The notes below the pieces were generated by a model. That model was not told the origin of the DNA, made no database searches, and saw nothing but the letters and a program-made list of their open reading frames with translations. Below, one piece after another: positions 63,270 to 64,000 of a stretch of 64,000 nt of DNA; within the stretch, counting starts at the first letter, position 1, and each line of letters opens with the position of its first letter. The stretch comes from Guillardia theta CCMP2712 (Eukaryota > Protista > Cryptophyta): assembly GCF_000315625.1 (NCBI RefSeq), contig NW_005434617.1, forward strand, positions 417,085 through 481,084, written 5' to 3'. The position numbers were made by a program, and so were the translations under genes.

Positions 63270-64000
63270 CTAGACAGCATATCCCAGCCCAGGAGCCTGG
63301 CCCTTGCCAACAGAGATGGGGGGGGAGAGGAACTGTCCCAGTGCTTTGATCTGCGAGGGGTTGAGAAGCTTCTCATGAGATTCTCGCTGCCTCTTCTGCT
63401 CCACGCTCTTGTAGTACTTGATCCCCTCCGACAGTCTCTTCGCCTGCGGCCCCAAAACTTTCAGCTTCACCCTACTCACAAGGAGAAGCTACCAGTGCTC
63501 TGTTGTACCATTCGGCAGTCCCCCGTGAGCTGACGCGCTTCTTGAGAGGATGCACCTCCTTGCCAGTGACCTGTCACATCTCTCAGCCTCTTTCTTCAAA
63601 CCTACACAGATACACACACGCACACCACCACACCGGTAGCCATCTACTACCTTGTGAATGAAGTTCTCGACGTAAGGGCCCTGCGAGCTCTGCTCCATCT
63701 TGAGGCTCTGTCCGAGCTCCTGCGTGGACAAGTAAGGAGGGTTCTATTCCAGCAAGGCGATTCTCGACCTGAGCCAAATGAGTGGCAGAGTCCTTCTTCA
63801 AGAACTTGGGAGCAGCGTGTTTAGGGGCCCAGTTCTTATACTCCATCGTTTCAAGCTTCTGTGCCTCATGGACCTTTACATGAAGTTCGTTACGAAATTT
63901 GGCAACAGCGCTTGAGCACGTACCAACTTCTCTCCATCCTTCTTGTTCAGCGTGGGGTCGACGTGATGTACAGCCTTGCGAAGCCCCTCTTTCACAGCAA
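63270..64000 (-). CDS. 3' part of a multi-exon hypothetical gene running off the window
   Basis: Consecutive short minus-strand frames with intron-like spacers, ending ...PGLGYAV*. Confidence 0.5.

Overview
A gene-dense eukaryotic nuclear window with short spliceosomal introns, many microsatellites and three 100-N assembly gaps. The style suggests a cryptophyte alga (Guillardia/Hanusia-like), inferred from intron size, RWP-RK and PDZ genes and a bipartite plastid-type presequence; this is not proven. Recognisable genes: an RWP-RK factor with an inverted dead partial copy, two PDZ proteins, LSM2, a GT-A glycosyltransferase fused to PAN-like, EF-hand and giant polyQ regions, a DNAJB12/14-like J protein, a KCTD-type BTB protein, importin beta-1, an intronless split-RING protein, a plastid-type bestrophin (UPF0187), a divergent TFIIB-like protein, a cyclophilin, a CCR/DFR-like SDR and a C2H2 zinc-finger protein. 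There are also several hypothetical genes and a decayed gag-bearing retroelement. The most unexplained structure is non-coding. TACCCC/GGGGTA-word islands sit in nearly every divergent intergenic gap and in none of the convergent ones, often beside CCGG/GAGTC-rich GC islands. A dispersed repeat running into one GC island is peppered with short GC-rich insertions ending in 2-3 nt target duplications, hinting at a localized break-and-insert process that builds the islands. All exon boundaries and family assignments were read by eye; no searches were run.
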